Shown one piece after another: positions 38,501-52,182 of a stretch of DNA of 64,000 nucleotides (the stretch's first letter is position 1; each line of letters begins with the position of its first letter). Source of the DNA: Tubulanus polymorphus (lineage: Eukaryota; Animalia; Nemertea); contig NC_134031.1 in NCBI RefSeq assembly GCF_964204645.1, positions 7,998,001 through 8,062,000 on the forward strand. The letters run 5' to 3'. The notes under the pieces were generated by a model. It saw nothing but the letters and a program-made list of their open reading frames with translations. It ran no database searches and was not told where the DNA came from. Position numbers and translations under genes: made by a program.

Positions 38501-40089
38501 GTTGGTTTTCAAATTTACAAATGATAGTCATTTTTTCACCAAAACATATAAGAAAGTATACTTTACGTTATAGAATTTAATGATTCTAACATTATTCGAA
38601 AATGAACGCAAATGATTTGAGAATCAACGAAAATGTATTAATTGAAAACATCAAAGCATCGCATTCTTTCTACGTTATTCTGTTTCAATCTTGACATTCT
38701 TTTACATACCACATGTTCTTTTATTTTAATAGGTTTTGAAAGTAAGGCAAAACATATGCCGAGATAAAACTCTCTGTCGACTTACCATGATACTCGTTAC
38801 GATCAGTGGTTTATTTGGTACCAAAGCGGAAGTCGCAACTGCCGGTATTGCAGAAGTTGATGCTAGAACAGAATAGAATTTATCAATTTCTTACTTTCTA
38901 GAAGACGATTCCAGAATGCGCACTAGTGAATTGGTGAATTAACTGCAATTAATGCCTCTGGTGAATGGATACGTAAAACCTAAAACTTGAAACAATCACC
39001 GAACATGTCATGAGCTACAAATACGCAATATATGGTTAAAAAAATATGCAGTTGTATGATTATCAACAGGAAAAATAATTTTCTCCAAATGTCAATGCAA
39101 GGTTGATAGCACTAGATAACACCGATTGCGAGTGCGAACTTAAGTAACGTTATATGTCAGCGCTAACAGCATTATAGTTTTTAAGGGCGTTGTGAAACTA
39201 AGACGAGCTATCTTGAATATTGAATCTGATTATTGAACACCCAACTTTTGCTACAATGCGACAATCAACATTCATGCGTCCTATGAAAACTTCTGGCAAA
39301 ATATACTGCCGGCATTGTGATCATGATTTGTTTAATATGATTGATTTGATTCATTGATTTTTTCTAAGAATTTTGGTATTAGCATGAATGCATTTATTAA
39401 CGAAATATCACAAAAATCCATCAAAGTGTGTTAAAAACTTCCAAAAAGACTTTTTATTCGACGTACCAGTAGACTCTGCCCAACTCCGATCCGATCAACT
39501 CGGATAACCGTTCAACTCAGATGTTCATTTAGATATTTTTGTGACAATATATGAAATACATAACATCCAACTCGAATATCACTTAAGTCGGACACATTTT
39601 TACGGTCCTAAAAGATCCGATTTGAGCGATACCCTTCATGAACTGCAGGCAAACAATATTTCCCAGCGTCGTGTGAACGTGTTTTATAGCTACTATAGTT
39701 GCTTATCATAAGATAGACTGATTATTTCGTGATTGTGGATAATTCACTTCGACAGGTCCACATTGAGTGTCCTATAAAAGCTATTGACTATTCAGTCTAA
39801 GACAAATTTTTTCATCTACATTTCAAAGTTGGACGTAAGAATACATGGACAACAAAGGCCTGGTCATCTTTTGAACCGACAAATATAAAATGCATTCAAT
39901 AGCATGTTGTTTCATTTCTGATTGGTGAAATTAGGGTGTATTAAGTGATGTTTAGACAAATTATAGGTATCTATATATCATATACTCACGGGCCACAGGT
40001 GCTGCAGTAGAGTTGACGCTTTGCCCAATCGTCGGATGAAACGAAACAATCAACACGACAAATAATCCCACTTTACATGCGTTCTCCAT
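32579..40089 (-). CDS. Ionotropic glutamate receptor-family subunit lacking the amino-terminal domain, 519 aa; exons 40089-39990, 38862-38786, 38426-38267, 38153-38110, 35790-35581, 35370-35223, 34928-34754, 34184-33953, 33871-33644, 33029-32916, 32650-32579
   Basis: The exons join in frame to 1560 nt. Signal peptide; S1 motifs GNRRYEGFIVDL, WNGMIGEV and ADLAAAALTVTDLRKKVVDFS; M1; M2 SLWFAISTMFLQG; M3; S2 motifs GTIYGGST, YAFIGES and GELERLHDKWW; M4; C-terminus EAKI. Confidence 0.9.
35880..36404 (-). mobile_element. Truncated copy of the Helentron-type element at 46633-47915, in an iGluR intron
   Basis: The reverse complement matches TTTTAGCCCACTTGG...CCCAGCGGGCTATTGCGTTCAC...GTAGACGGAATCCAGTTATT. 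Confidence 0.8.
36695..36890 (-). mobile_element. tRNA-derived SINE
   Basis: A-box GTGGCTGAGTGG, B-box GGTTCAAACCC, non-tRNA body and A-rich tail. Confidence 0.65.
36984..37172 (+). mobile_element. RTE-clade LINE 3' end
   Basis: Translates as GMDTETWERSAQDRLLWRTHCHNAVVSFEAERINKLKDKRKARK, matching the RTE WE..A.DR..WR motif, followed by a (CAA)n tail. Confidence 0.75.
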
Positions 40090-42644
40090 TTTCCTGCTAT
40101 TTGCGATTCAATGTTTATACTACTTCAATTATCAATACAGCCGTGATTTATCGACCAACTAGCACTAGCATATATTCCTCTTTGGACAGAGTTCAAACTT
40201 TTATAAAGCGTGAAGATGAAGATTAAGTGATGAAATCACGTATGTGATGAAAACACCTCGATTGGGTCCGCCTATTCGCTGTTGTCAACTAAGTTATGGG
40301 AACAATTATTCTATGCCTGGTGATGATATAAACAATACACGGGATGCAGCGTGACTGTTGCAGCGGTTATTCTGAGATCCACGCCCTTCCTTCTGAGATA
40401 CGAGCCCCGTATCTTCATGGTATTGTAATTGCGTGCGTACGTCGTTTTGGAATGCAGTTACAATCTAGCGACCCTTATCACAATGTTATTATTAGACGTT
40501 TCAGCATTCGGTATCTGAAGGTCTTGCAGCGATGGAATGCGCAGGCCAATAAGGGCCGATTAATGAAGCATTTTTTCAACTCAAGTATACATATCATTTT
40601 TTGTTATTGATGAGTAGAAGTTGGAAGAACAGGCTGGGTCAGTGTCGCTTATTTGTGTTCTGGCATATGTTGCTTTATTCATCTTCAAGCGGGAGACGGA
40701 TATCCAGTATTAATAAGCCTAATACCACTAGTTAGATATAATCCTAATAATTCAGGCACTAAGTGACAGTCATATCTAATACAGAAACAAAATTTTAGCC
40801 ACCCATTTCGAATCAGATGATGACCCATTGGGTCATAGGATAGTCTCAAACATTTCTCATGAAAACTGCTTAAATGGGAAAAATCTAACATCACAACAAT
40901 TTGTAAATAATGTTTTACTCTCTAATTACGCCTACCCGTGGAAACCATGCACAAGTATTTTAGGGGCAATGATTTTGATGAGTCAGCCTAAGTAGAAAAC
41001 GTGTGAGAAATTGAAAAATATAGAAAAAGAAAAATAAATACCCTCGTAGGTGACCTCGGGTCTCCCAAGCGATATTGGAACCACGAAACCACAGGTATTT
41101 TAGTCGTGTACCCGAGTATTTCAGCGTAGAGCTTCGCGCCTGTTGATTCCTTACCCATCATTTTAAGAACATAGAAAATAAAGATACCGGTATTTTTGTT
41201 TCTATGTTCAGCGTCCATGGATGAGAAGCTTTTAAATTTGAATGATTTTTTGAATTAAAGAAATTTGTAGGAGAAAATCCCCAGCGGAATGTGAATCACT
41301 AATCTACAGTGCTTACAGTGCGTATTTTTACCATTGCCTTACATTTATGTATAACTGGCTATTGTAGCAGATGAAAGGAATCTGTTTCAGGGTTTATTGG
41401 GACCACGTTAATGTCTTAAACTAATGAAATAGCTAATGGGACAATCATTTTGCAAAAATTCACGTCGATACTGAAGTGGATTGACTTAATAACGCAATCA
41501 ATAGGAGGTAGATGTAATTTCTTTTCTACAAGAAATATAAAAATGCAAACATGATACTCTAGAAAACGTGTTTTGGAAGTTTGACTCGCAATTACTTAAA
41601 AACCAATAAAGATTACTTGAAAACGGTAAAATATATATAAGACCACATATGAATATATATTGATACTGAAAATTCGAAAAATTTAGATTAAAATTTGTAA
41701 GAATTACGAACTTTTGAATGGGAGGAGCAATAATTCAAGTTAGATTATCGGAAAGACGATATCAATGTTTATAACTTCACCAGCGCCCATTTTTCGCATT
41801 AACTTTATGATTGGGTAATATCATAAGAATAGTTAATTATCAGCTGAGTTCATCGATATTTTTACTTTGTTTCTATCTTAATCCAATCCAGAGATGTGAA
41901 CGAAATGAAAAAATTAAACGGGGGAAAAATAGGGACAAAAAATTCAACAATGCGGACCCAGCGGGTACCCAAAATAATGGCGCCTGGAAACTGTGCAAAG
42001 GCTGTCAACCAATCGAAAATTACAATTAAATCGTTTAGATAGTAAAACTTTTGAATGTATGGTGCAAAACATAGAGCACCACACCATGGTTGTGACATCG
42101 AATCGTTTACAAATTCTCTAAAAAAAATAGTCGTAGTTCCAGATATAAAGGCAATTAAACCTTTTTGGTCCAACTTATTCCAAACATTACGAAATAGTAC
42201 AACAATGTTTTGTCATTGCCTTAAACTGACAACGATGGACTTATCAAATAGGCTGGATTGCATGTAGACTGGAATCAGTCAGTGATTGGTGATGACCTAA
42301 CAAATTCCGAAGATGATTCATGTTTGAAAATTAACTTTATCTCTTTAGATCTTTAAGTGGTTTTTCCTTCTGGGTATATTATCATCAGTAATCGCACTTA
42401 AAATATCGTAGTCGTTTATTGACGTGCCAATTAATCGACGATGGGAACCACATGTATATATGGATAGTATGTAATCATGAACTATTTTTCAGGCATAACA
42501 AATATGGCCGTGAAAGATATTCATGTAGGTCTGTGACGATCACTGAAAGAATTAAATCTGCGAATATCTCTTGGAATTGACCGTTTTGACAAATAATTCT
42601 TATTATAATGGGCACCCACGGGTAATGGTGCATGAAAAAATAGG

Positions 42645-43046
42645 ACGCAAGGTTTAGTAGAGAGAGGAACATATAACGATCATCTGGAAGTCGTCGCAGA
42701 TCGCCAAAAACAAACTCTGTTACCAATAACTAAGAATGTTGTTGTTCCGAATTCAAATGCAAGTATATTGTCGGACATGTGGAGTTCCTATCACTGTTTG
42801 GAGCAAGAAGGGTACCATCATAGCACTGTCAACCATTCAAAAGAGTTCAAAGCACCAGATGGAACGCATACTAACTCAGTTGAAGGAATGTGGGGACAAA
42901 TAAAAGGAAGAATCAAAAGAATGAAGGGAGTGAGACATGAAAAGATTCCCAAAATATTAGATGAGTTCGCTTATCGATACAGATTTGGAAATGGCTGCAA
43001 CGCTAACATATTTGCAGTAATACTTCGCGATTTAGCCGTGGTTTAG
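42645..43046 (+). mobile_element. Merlin (ISXO2/IS1595-like) DDE transposase C-terminal remnant
   Basis: GLVERGT...VADRQKQTLLPI...ILSDMWSSY...HSTVNHSKEF..PDGTHTNSVEGMWGQIK...LDEFAYRYRF. The N-terminal half is not intact. Confidence 0.85.
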
Positions 43047-46000
43047 GCTATAATAGACATAGATTTGTTTCAAATTTCACATTTTTCTTGTTTGAGAGCA
43101 GTGCGTTCTCTATTCCGCTATTCTTGAAGATTGGATGAATGATAATAAAACCAAAGAATGATTTTTGAATCACTTTTAGGCATATTTTCAAAAGGCCATT
43201 GAGTGCACCGGAACTGTCCCACCAGAATGAATTTTAATGGATATGGAGGATAAATCAAGCGTAAACAAATTATTCCAGTAATTTCTTGATTGCTAACGAA
43301 TTAATTCATCTTGGTCCGATATGGTCTATGTTAACAGTAAATAATGTTAACAGTAGGCCCTATAGGACAAAAAGGCTTATGCGACATGATGTATTTTTTA
43401 TCCACAAAAGGACGACATTCAGGAATTAGATATAGGCCACTCTCACTGTCTGAACTGGAATCAGATCTGTACTCGTCACTTATATTGTGTAAATCGTCTC
43501 GTATCTTGTGAAATGCGGAACGAATATTAACGTCAACATTGTCGCCCAGTAGTACTGGTCGGCAGTAATTCAGAACGAATGTCGATGTCGACATTGTCGA
43601 CTAGTAGTACTCGTTGGCAGTACCAATAGTAATAGTAAAATAGGTCGCAATTCTGGAATTTTTAAACTCTGACCGCATCACTCAGTTATGCGAGCACATG
43701 GACTACAATCCCCAATATTTCAGTTGATCTGTATGGGCAGATTTTCTACTAGAAAATATAGGACAATCGGAAGGACTTAATGTTTTACCTGGATCTGTAA
43801 AGATAGAAATTTATCAAATTTAATCAAATCAATTCAAAGGAAGACCACGGACAACAGGTCTGATCGCAACACCCTTGAGCTCTGATCCATCACTACATGC
43901 TACGTACATCGGATCGATGTCTCACCGAACCGGTGTTCTTAAGAACCTCGAACAATCACATGATATATATTGGAATAAAGCACTGATGTTTTTCGGGGAG
44001 GTCGTCAACCCACATTATAGACAACGCGGACCCTGTATCGACAGGACAGACAAGGAAAGTCTGTTACATCTGAATGCATAAGCTTATGGTTAATCTGACT
44101 CCATCACTTGATCGGACAGAGGTGCTTCCACGCTAAAAAATACACTAGGATCCCTGGCTACAGGATCGCAGATCGGACGTACATGTGAGTAAGTTTCCCC
44201 TCATCAGACAATCATTGGGGAATTTGGTGGGCGAAAACCACCAAAATGTAATATTACGTACTTTGAAGGATGATAAAAATATGATGAAATACCGGGATGA
44301 AATAATGATAAAAAGATAGCGAAAGAATGTGATAAGTCTAAAGATTGTTCAACAATGATGAAGTGCGTGATAAAAAGATAAAAAGGTGAAACGATGGAAA
44401 GGTGAAACGACGATTAGGTGAAATGATGGATAGATAAAACAATGGAAGATGATAAAAGGTTATTATGCACCAGCTGTAGCAATAAAGAAGTTCCCAGTTT
44501 CTGGGCGCCATTTTGTGGCGGTCCCTCGAGAGGTCCCCGTTGTTGCCATAATTTGCCCTTATTTTAAAACATAAGTTTAACTTAAATTACACACCATTTA
44601 AAAGAAAATGAAATGCGGATATTTGCTGGTGATTTTTGGATTTTTTGAACGCAACAATTGAGAACCAGGGACCGCATATCTTATCCTCGCGTAAAAAAAA
44701 ATCGCGATAATTGTTAATTTTTAAATATCTAAGTATCGATTAAAGCTATATTTCCAATTTTCACAGAGGTTAAAGGCTGACTTCAAGTATAAAAGGCTCA
44801 TCATCTGTCAGACATGGCAGTATCTGTGAACCCATGGAGCAGTCAAGAGCTCCGCCGTTGAAACTGGAATTTCCGTAATATCTCTGTCAGTTAACCGATT
44901 TGGACCCTCCTTTTTGTCAGGGATATGTGTAAACATGTTATATAGTCATATCTATGGCTTAAAATTTAGTTTAAGCCCTCCTTCATGCATAAATTAGCAA
45001 TTTACTTAGCGCATTCTTCAAATTTTCAAATCTTTGAATGACAAGCTGGGAGGAGTTATTCACCTCACCACAGAGAGCACAGTGACCTGTAGTCATAAAC
45101 CTATATAAACAAAACAGTTGCAGCTCTCTAGTGCGTAATTTTGGGGGTTAGAAAACTTTTGACGTGAAAGTTGTATCAAACTGAAAATTTATATATCATC
45201 TTAACTCCTCATCAGTAACAATGTGTGAAAATTTCATCAAAATCGGACAAAAATTTAATAAATTGAAAATACAGATTTTATGTTCAACTCCATTATTACT
45301 GGAGGAATTCTTACAAAAAAAACATCTACAAAATCAGCGAATTCTAATTAAGAAGATTACTATGACCAAAATGATATCAAACGTATACGAAAAAAGTTTT
45401 TTTTTTATGTGTCACTGTGATACTGTGTGATACTGGTGTGAGCCAGATGTGTTCCAGTAAACACAATAAACAAACTACCGCTTGCTAGTAGCTAGTGGGA
45501 TGTGGCCTGCACTGCAAATCTCAAGTACCAACCGGTGGGTTTTTGGACCTCCATTTGAGTCGGCCTTTAAAGAGGGTTATTAGCAGTTTGGGCCTGCGTT
45601 AAAGTGTTTTGATTATCTTAACCGCTTGAATTTGAGATTACGCGCCAAAGGGCGCGCCACTGTGCTTTGCAATTTCACTGAACATTGAGATTTGCAACAA
45701 GAAATCTTTACATGCCATTTTATTTCTTCACATTTTCCATACACATATTTCGTGATTATTATCCATATCTTGTTTGTACTTTTTTTGGCGGGAGCAATTC
45801 GCTTAGCTGGTTTTGGGATCCGGTTTGCCCCGATATTGAAGTTTGGAGGGCGCAGTGGGGGAATCGTCGTATGCAGCCCGTCCAGCCTCGGTGAAATAAT
45901 TGGTCCTAGAACATTTTTGAGTCCATGGTGAAATGATGCAGTCAATTTAGATGCTTTTAACATATTAATCACATAAATCTATCTGGTAATCCCTCATTCT

Positions 46001-46632
46001 GGGATCATACGATGATTTTACTGAATCTCAACCTTCTTGCTGGAAAACACCAGAAAAACCTTACTGATTTAGAATTCCAATATTATAAAAGGGTTCATAT
46101 TTCTTTAAACGGATAGATTAGATCAACATCTACGTACAAGAAATGATTTAAAAACACTGAAATATTTCAAGTTTATTCTTTTATTCTAACTAAGATAACG
46201 ATTGTTGATATGCATGATGTGGCAACAGGGAAGAATTCGAACTGCAATTGGAGGAAAATAACCATTCGACTTTCGGTGAGTTATTTCAACTAATTTTTTA
46301 TTTTGGAACCAAGAAAAAAGTACGGCATAGGCCCGTTTCCGACTGATAAAATCCGACTTAGGAATATGAATTTCTTTGAATAAGAGAGGGAAAAAGAGAG
46401 GGGTGGATTTAGGGGTCGTTTCGTGAGTCCAGAGTACTGCATGATCGAGGACGCCCTTTTCGTCAAGACAGAGATCGTAAACTCTCAGATTTGACCTCAT
46501 CCTCTCGGAAATCTTGTACATGGCTGCTTGATCCGAGAAATGTCTTTGCTCTCCTTCAGGACTCCTTCCGATCTACCATAGATCCGCCCTACTGTAATTT
46601 TGTTTTTAGTTCCAGGCTCTTATGTTACATCA

Positions 46633-47915
46633 TTTTTAGCCCACTTGGGACTTTAGTCCCAGCGGGCTATTGCGTTCACTTTTCGTCCGTCGTCCGTCCG
46701 TCCGTCCGTTCGTCCGTCCGTAGACGGAATCCAGTTATTTTGGGAAGTTTTGAAGATGCTTCAAGGTAACGTCTTGATATTTGGGTTACACGTGTATCTA
46801 CCCTAGACACATCTTTAGCCCAAAAACTGGCCCTGTCAGAATCAAGATGGCTGACTGGCAGCCATTGTTGTTCGCCAAAATCAGCACTTTTTACACATTT
46901 TTGAACTTTTTGAGGGAAATTTTGAAGACGCTTCGATCAATTACCTTGATCTTTCGGATATCTATGAATCCCCCCAGGACCCATCAACGAAACAAAAGTT
47001 GGGTCGGTCGGACTCAAGATGGCCGTCCTATGACCTTTTTAGTGCCCAGAAATGTTAATTTTTGCCCGAATTCTGAGTCCTGTAGCTTCCTACTGGTTTA
47101 CCATTTCTCATTGCAATTTGTGATGGGTATTCTTTGGAAAGGGATGTTTTATACCTCAGACAGGTATTTTTCATCAGTCAATTATGACGCAATTGGCGGC
47201 CATCTTGGTGTCACCAGTACTCATTCGTAAGTGGGAAAAAGTTTTTCCACATTATATTGATACCCAAGCGTATTTTGCTACCACAATCAATTAGAAAGTT
47301 GTGGCTCATAACGTGTTCTATGATTGTGGTGAGTTTCAAGGTAATTGGATTTCGTATATGGCCACCAGGGGGCGTTGAATAATACAATATCTTAGCATTT
47401 CTTTATTATATTCGTACCTATGCATATTTTGTAACCACAATCAATTGGAAAGTTGTAGCTCATGACATCATCTATGATTGTTGTGAGTTTTAAGGACATT
47501 AGTTTTTCTATATGATCACCAGGGGGCGTTGAATAGTAGAATAACTTAGTATTTCCTTATTATATTGGTACCTAGGCATATTTTGTTACCATGATCAATT
47601 GCAAACTTGTAGTTCATGACATGTTCTATGATTGTGGTGAGTTTCGAGGTCATTGGGTTTTGAATATGGTCACCAGGGGGCGTTGAATAGTAGAAAGACT
47701 TAGTATTTCCATATTAAATTGGTAACGAGGCATATTTTGTTATCACAATCAATTACAAAATCATAGCTGCTGACATGTTCTATGATTTTGGTGAGTTTCA
47801 AGGTCGTTGGTTTTTGTAAATGGTCACCAGGGGGCGTTGAATATTGAAATTGTTAGATTGTTGAGCATTTGAAACCATTTCCCAAGTGGGCATGGTGTCC
47901 CTGGACCCCTAGTTT
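46633..47915 (+). mobile_element. Non-autonomous Helentron/DINE-1-like element (HINE) with four 154-bp internal tandem repeats
   Basis: T-rich 5' end, subterminal inverted repeat CCCACTTGGG/CCCAAGTGGG, (GTCC)n microsatellite, 3' hairpin then CTAGTTT. Repeat anchors at 47363, 47517, 47671 and 47825. Confidence 0.8.
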
Positions 47916-50900
47916 AGAATCATACACACATACAAAACGGTACAATCTTTGACCAGAATGGATACTTTGAGAGATTGTTTTATGGAATGTGAATTAGTTT
48001 TTCTTCGGAGAAGATTTGGATTCCGGTGAAGATCAATTTTACCTCTCCAGCACTATTCAACGGGTTCGTCAGTGGTTACTGTGTAAAATGCGAGAGTAGA
48101 GACACTGTTTTTCCTAAGTTTTCCAAGCTGATCGAAATATCACAACAGTCGTAACAAGATTAGTTACAATAATTAGGCTTCAAGTTTGGCAATTATTACA
48201 TATGAACATCCTTTCGGAGAAAAGATAGCTGACTCTTCGACATCTATCGGAGAATACGCGTCGCACCGTTTTTATTACAAGATACTTTGGTGCGTTCTCG
48301 TTTTAATTCCGGCGCGGTTAGGGGCAGCAAATTCACGTACTCATTAGATAGGGACCGATATCAAGATGCGACAGATACGAGTGCATAGCCGCGATCGTAC
48401 GAGTGTTTTTGGCCAGTGCAAAATTTGTGCAAATTTTAGCGCGGGTCAAATTATTGCGTGTGAATTGCAACTGGTTCCAGAGGTGATTCACTTATGGCAC
48501 ATGGTTTGATTTCCGCGATCTGTTTTCATTTATTGCAAGTGCGATTTTGCACTCGATTTACGTCCCTTACAGTCGTCTCGAAGTGAAATGAAAACGAACC
48601 AAACCGACACACAAGGCCCTTTTGAAGCGTTGGCAATTACTAATTTCAGAAACGTTGAAGGGCAAATTCTAGAACTACTGTAATATGGACGGGTACAGCG
48701 AAAAGTTAACAACAAACAATAAATACAAGTGAAGTTTTTCATTTATTCATTCGTCATCTTAGGCATTTTATCACAATAATTCATGCCACAAAAATACACG
48801 ACTAATGTTCGTACATGTAGTTAAATCAAAAATAATTGCAAATAAAGACTAGTAGCAAGAGGCGTTTAATATTGGTATTCGAGAGGTAAACAGCCACAAG
48901 GCCGACATTACACAATAATTGAACTTAACAATAACTCGTTCGCAGTAAAATAACTTGGACTTTCCAGCCTACACAGATAGCAGCGAAGTTTATCAATTAA
49001 CCAATTAACTAGATATCCACTTTCGGCTACATTTATACTGGTGCCTTATACCCATGTACTGTCACAATACATTTTAATCAAATGCAAACGAATGATTATT
49101 GGCCATAGTATGTAGACATAAAGAGCGGAGGTTAATAGCTTGTTGACACAATCTGAGCCAAGAAAAAACTGAACAAGGGCGGATCTATATGATATAAAAA
49201 AGGAACCATGCCTGTGGGGATTGCCAAAAATGGGTTCCAAAAGACCCGTGATTCACCAACATTTTCTAATATATTGACAACCTCAATGGGAATCCCCTCA
49301 TTCGGGATCTGCCCTTTAGCGAGGTAAGACAGTTTTTAAAACTACTGCTCTCTTCATTACCACGACACAAAATATGTACTCGAGGAGACTGATAAGCACA
49401 TTGTTTCACATTAATAGATGTTTCATATCAAAATGTACGTCAGGGCGGATCGAGAATTCATGGCAGTGTATTTTTAGTTACGAGGTGAAAGCATCGGAAG
49501 AAATGTTCAGGAAGCTAATCAGTAATTCAAATGGTCGAAAAAGTGTGAAAAATTGAACATTTTAGATTGCACCTGGCCCTCAAACACCTTGCAGATGTCA
49601 ATCACCATTTTTGTCGAAAAAAAATTATTATGTTAGAACCAGAAAAAACTTAAGAACCAAAAATTTAGGTTCAATTTTCCGTGGCATTTTGAAATTGACA
49701 CCCACTGGAACCCCTCAAATCCGCCCTGTTTTTTCTTCACAACGGCTAAAAACCCCCAACCTTTTCTATCTATCTACTGAGATAATCAAATGAATAGCTG
49801 AACCAAAATGTGTGGCAATCATTGAGCTAAAAATTACATGCATTTACATATATTTTCTCTGATCATCAGCTAACCCAATACTTGAAATTACGCCCCAGTG
49901 GTTTCAATGATCATCATATTGCTCATATCTAATTGACCTCATATTGATAATAAATAGTAGATACTTGAAATAAATTACCAGCTATCGCTTAAAATTAACA
50001 TACCTCTTTAATTAATACATTCTAGCAAATAATCAATTAATCATGCAAAGACTAACCTAATTTCCGACATAAGTAGGATGGCTAGACATTGCCACGTAAG
50101 ATATAGCTTAAATCTTCATGAATTAAATCATAAGCGTCTCCAAAAAAAAAACAAACTTGGAAACAGTTCCAGAGTAGACGGTTAAGTTGTAAAATTTATT
50201 GTAAAATTTGTTCATTTCCAATGAGTCAACTTTAAAGTGAGAACTGTCGAACTGGGTCCCGTTAATCAAGCAATACATCACCATGGTTCTGGTAACCAAC
50301 TAAAATACCAGGTTCCAATGAACGAAACTCGAAAAATTACTCAAAACTAAGATCATTTTGGTTGCGCAGTCAGACTAGCTTAAGTCATCACCGAGTACAT
50401 CAGGATAAAGCCGTTTTTATCTGTATGTAACTCATCATTATATTGATGGTCCCAAAAGCGAGGCTGACTGTATAACAAATCTAACAAATCAAAAATAGAC
50501 TCTGGATCCAAGCCGGCTCGAATTTATCGTAACTCTGTTGACTTTGGAACTAGGCCCAGATTACAGAAGAAACTCCTAAAGTTCCACAAAAAACCCTCCT
50601 TTCAAAGCCCACACTCACTCAAGGTGGATGTGTCGTTTTATAAGGTTTAAACACAGATTTATTTTGGTTTTGATTATAAGACTATAAATAGAGATCATTG
50701 TCATGCTATCACATCAAGGCTCTGGCTAAACAGTTGAGAATCATGCTTTTTCATGCGAAAAAGCATGTTTTAAGATTATTTTAATTCATAACTAAACCTT
50801 CCTTTCAATGCTATGAAAATGAATATTAAATCTTTTTCCAATCAGACACTGGAAGGCCTACACTGGATATTTCCTCCTAAACGGTATACTTCAAGCAAAG

Positions 50901-52182
50901 AGATTCAACCTTGAATCAATAAGGTCAATATAATAAGCATATAATGTTGTACCAAGTAACTGCGTATATTGCCAAAACAGCAAGTTGTTGTTTCTGTATA
51001 TTTCTCAATTTATCAATCAAAACATGAGCTACACCAAAAAGTTAATGCATCGATAAACTATGAATTAATGTGTAAAACAATTATTGTAATTCATAGTCTC
51101 ATCTGCATTAGACAATTGAAACTTGTCTCAGCACTTCATATTACAGGTACAGGCAAAATGTGAACTTCTGTAAGTTACGGTTTTTTTCAGAACACGCCGA
51201 TATTAGGTGCATTTTACTCTTGAAGTCCGAAGCAAGTTCCATAGTTCTTAGTTCTTTAATTAGGGCTAAAACATAGGAAATCAACTGAATTTCAAACTGC
51301 ATAATGCGAGCAATCATTGATCATATTGTCTTACATGTATACATCATTCATAATAGCCTCAAAATCTAACAGAGGAAGTATAACATACATGATACGCGGC
51401 AAAAAACATACCATATCAAATTTCTCACCAACCGGTGGTCAAACATTGGGTAGAATCAAAAAAAGGGCAGGCGAATTCAATTTAGTAGTACCGAATTTAA
51501 AAATGATAAGTTAAAAAATTTGGTGGAGTTGTTACTCTGGCTTAATGAGAATTTTTACCTTTTATTTTGCGCTTGGGCTGGATTGTTGGTGTCTATGATA
51601 CATACAGAGATGATTTCAGGAATTTCCAATTTTCATTTACTAAATCCAGACGGAGAGTGAGGACTTAAAAGCTCGGTGAATGAGAAACGAGGGATGTTTT
51701 TTGGTGAAAGACATTAACATATTTTACATAAATGAAGCAAACATGAATGCAAAATATTACTCAGACATTGGCGTGAAAAATTAATGATTGCAAGCTTCTC
51801 TTATGCTTTCAATATATTGTACTACCAAATACTAGGTAGATGGAATGATTCCAGGGTCTGTCCGCAAACAGTTGTATGATACTTGAACAATAGGTATAGA
51901 ATATGTTAACAAATAAACATGTACAGACACTTATTTGATTTGCTGTAATTCCAACAAGAACGTCATTCCCAAGACTTCATTCACAAGAAATTCAATTCCC
52001 ATGACAAATCTACTTTCAAAATGCAATAAATCAAAAACATTGCTATATTTTCAAATGTCTTTCTCAGGATTAAAGCTGTATTTACTGGACAGATGGAATG
52101 CGGCTTATGAAGGTAGAAAGATAGCTCATGAATGGTTTTCTGTTCAATAAATAGTCACGTAATGCACTCCAGAAACAGTTAA

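Noticed and set aside
27267-40089. Functional link between the peptide genes and the neighbouring iGluR (target or self-resistance)
   Set aside because: Only adjacency supports it. Gene neighbourhood in animals is weak evidence, and the toxin families these peptides resemble act on Nav, Kv and ASIC channels.
45613-46600. GC-richer stretches with several ORFs, possibly exons of a minus-strand gene
   Set aside because: I could not build a consistent spliced frame or recognise a domain.
46781-47230. 149-aa ORF, with related ORFs at 36110-36441
   Set aside because: It lies inside the non-autonomous Helentron-type element and has no Rep/helicase motifs.
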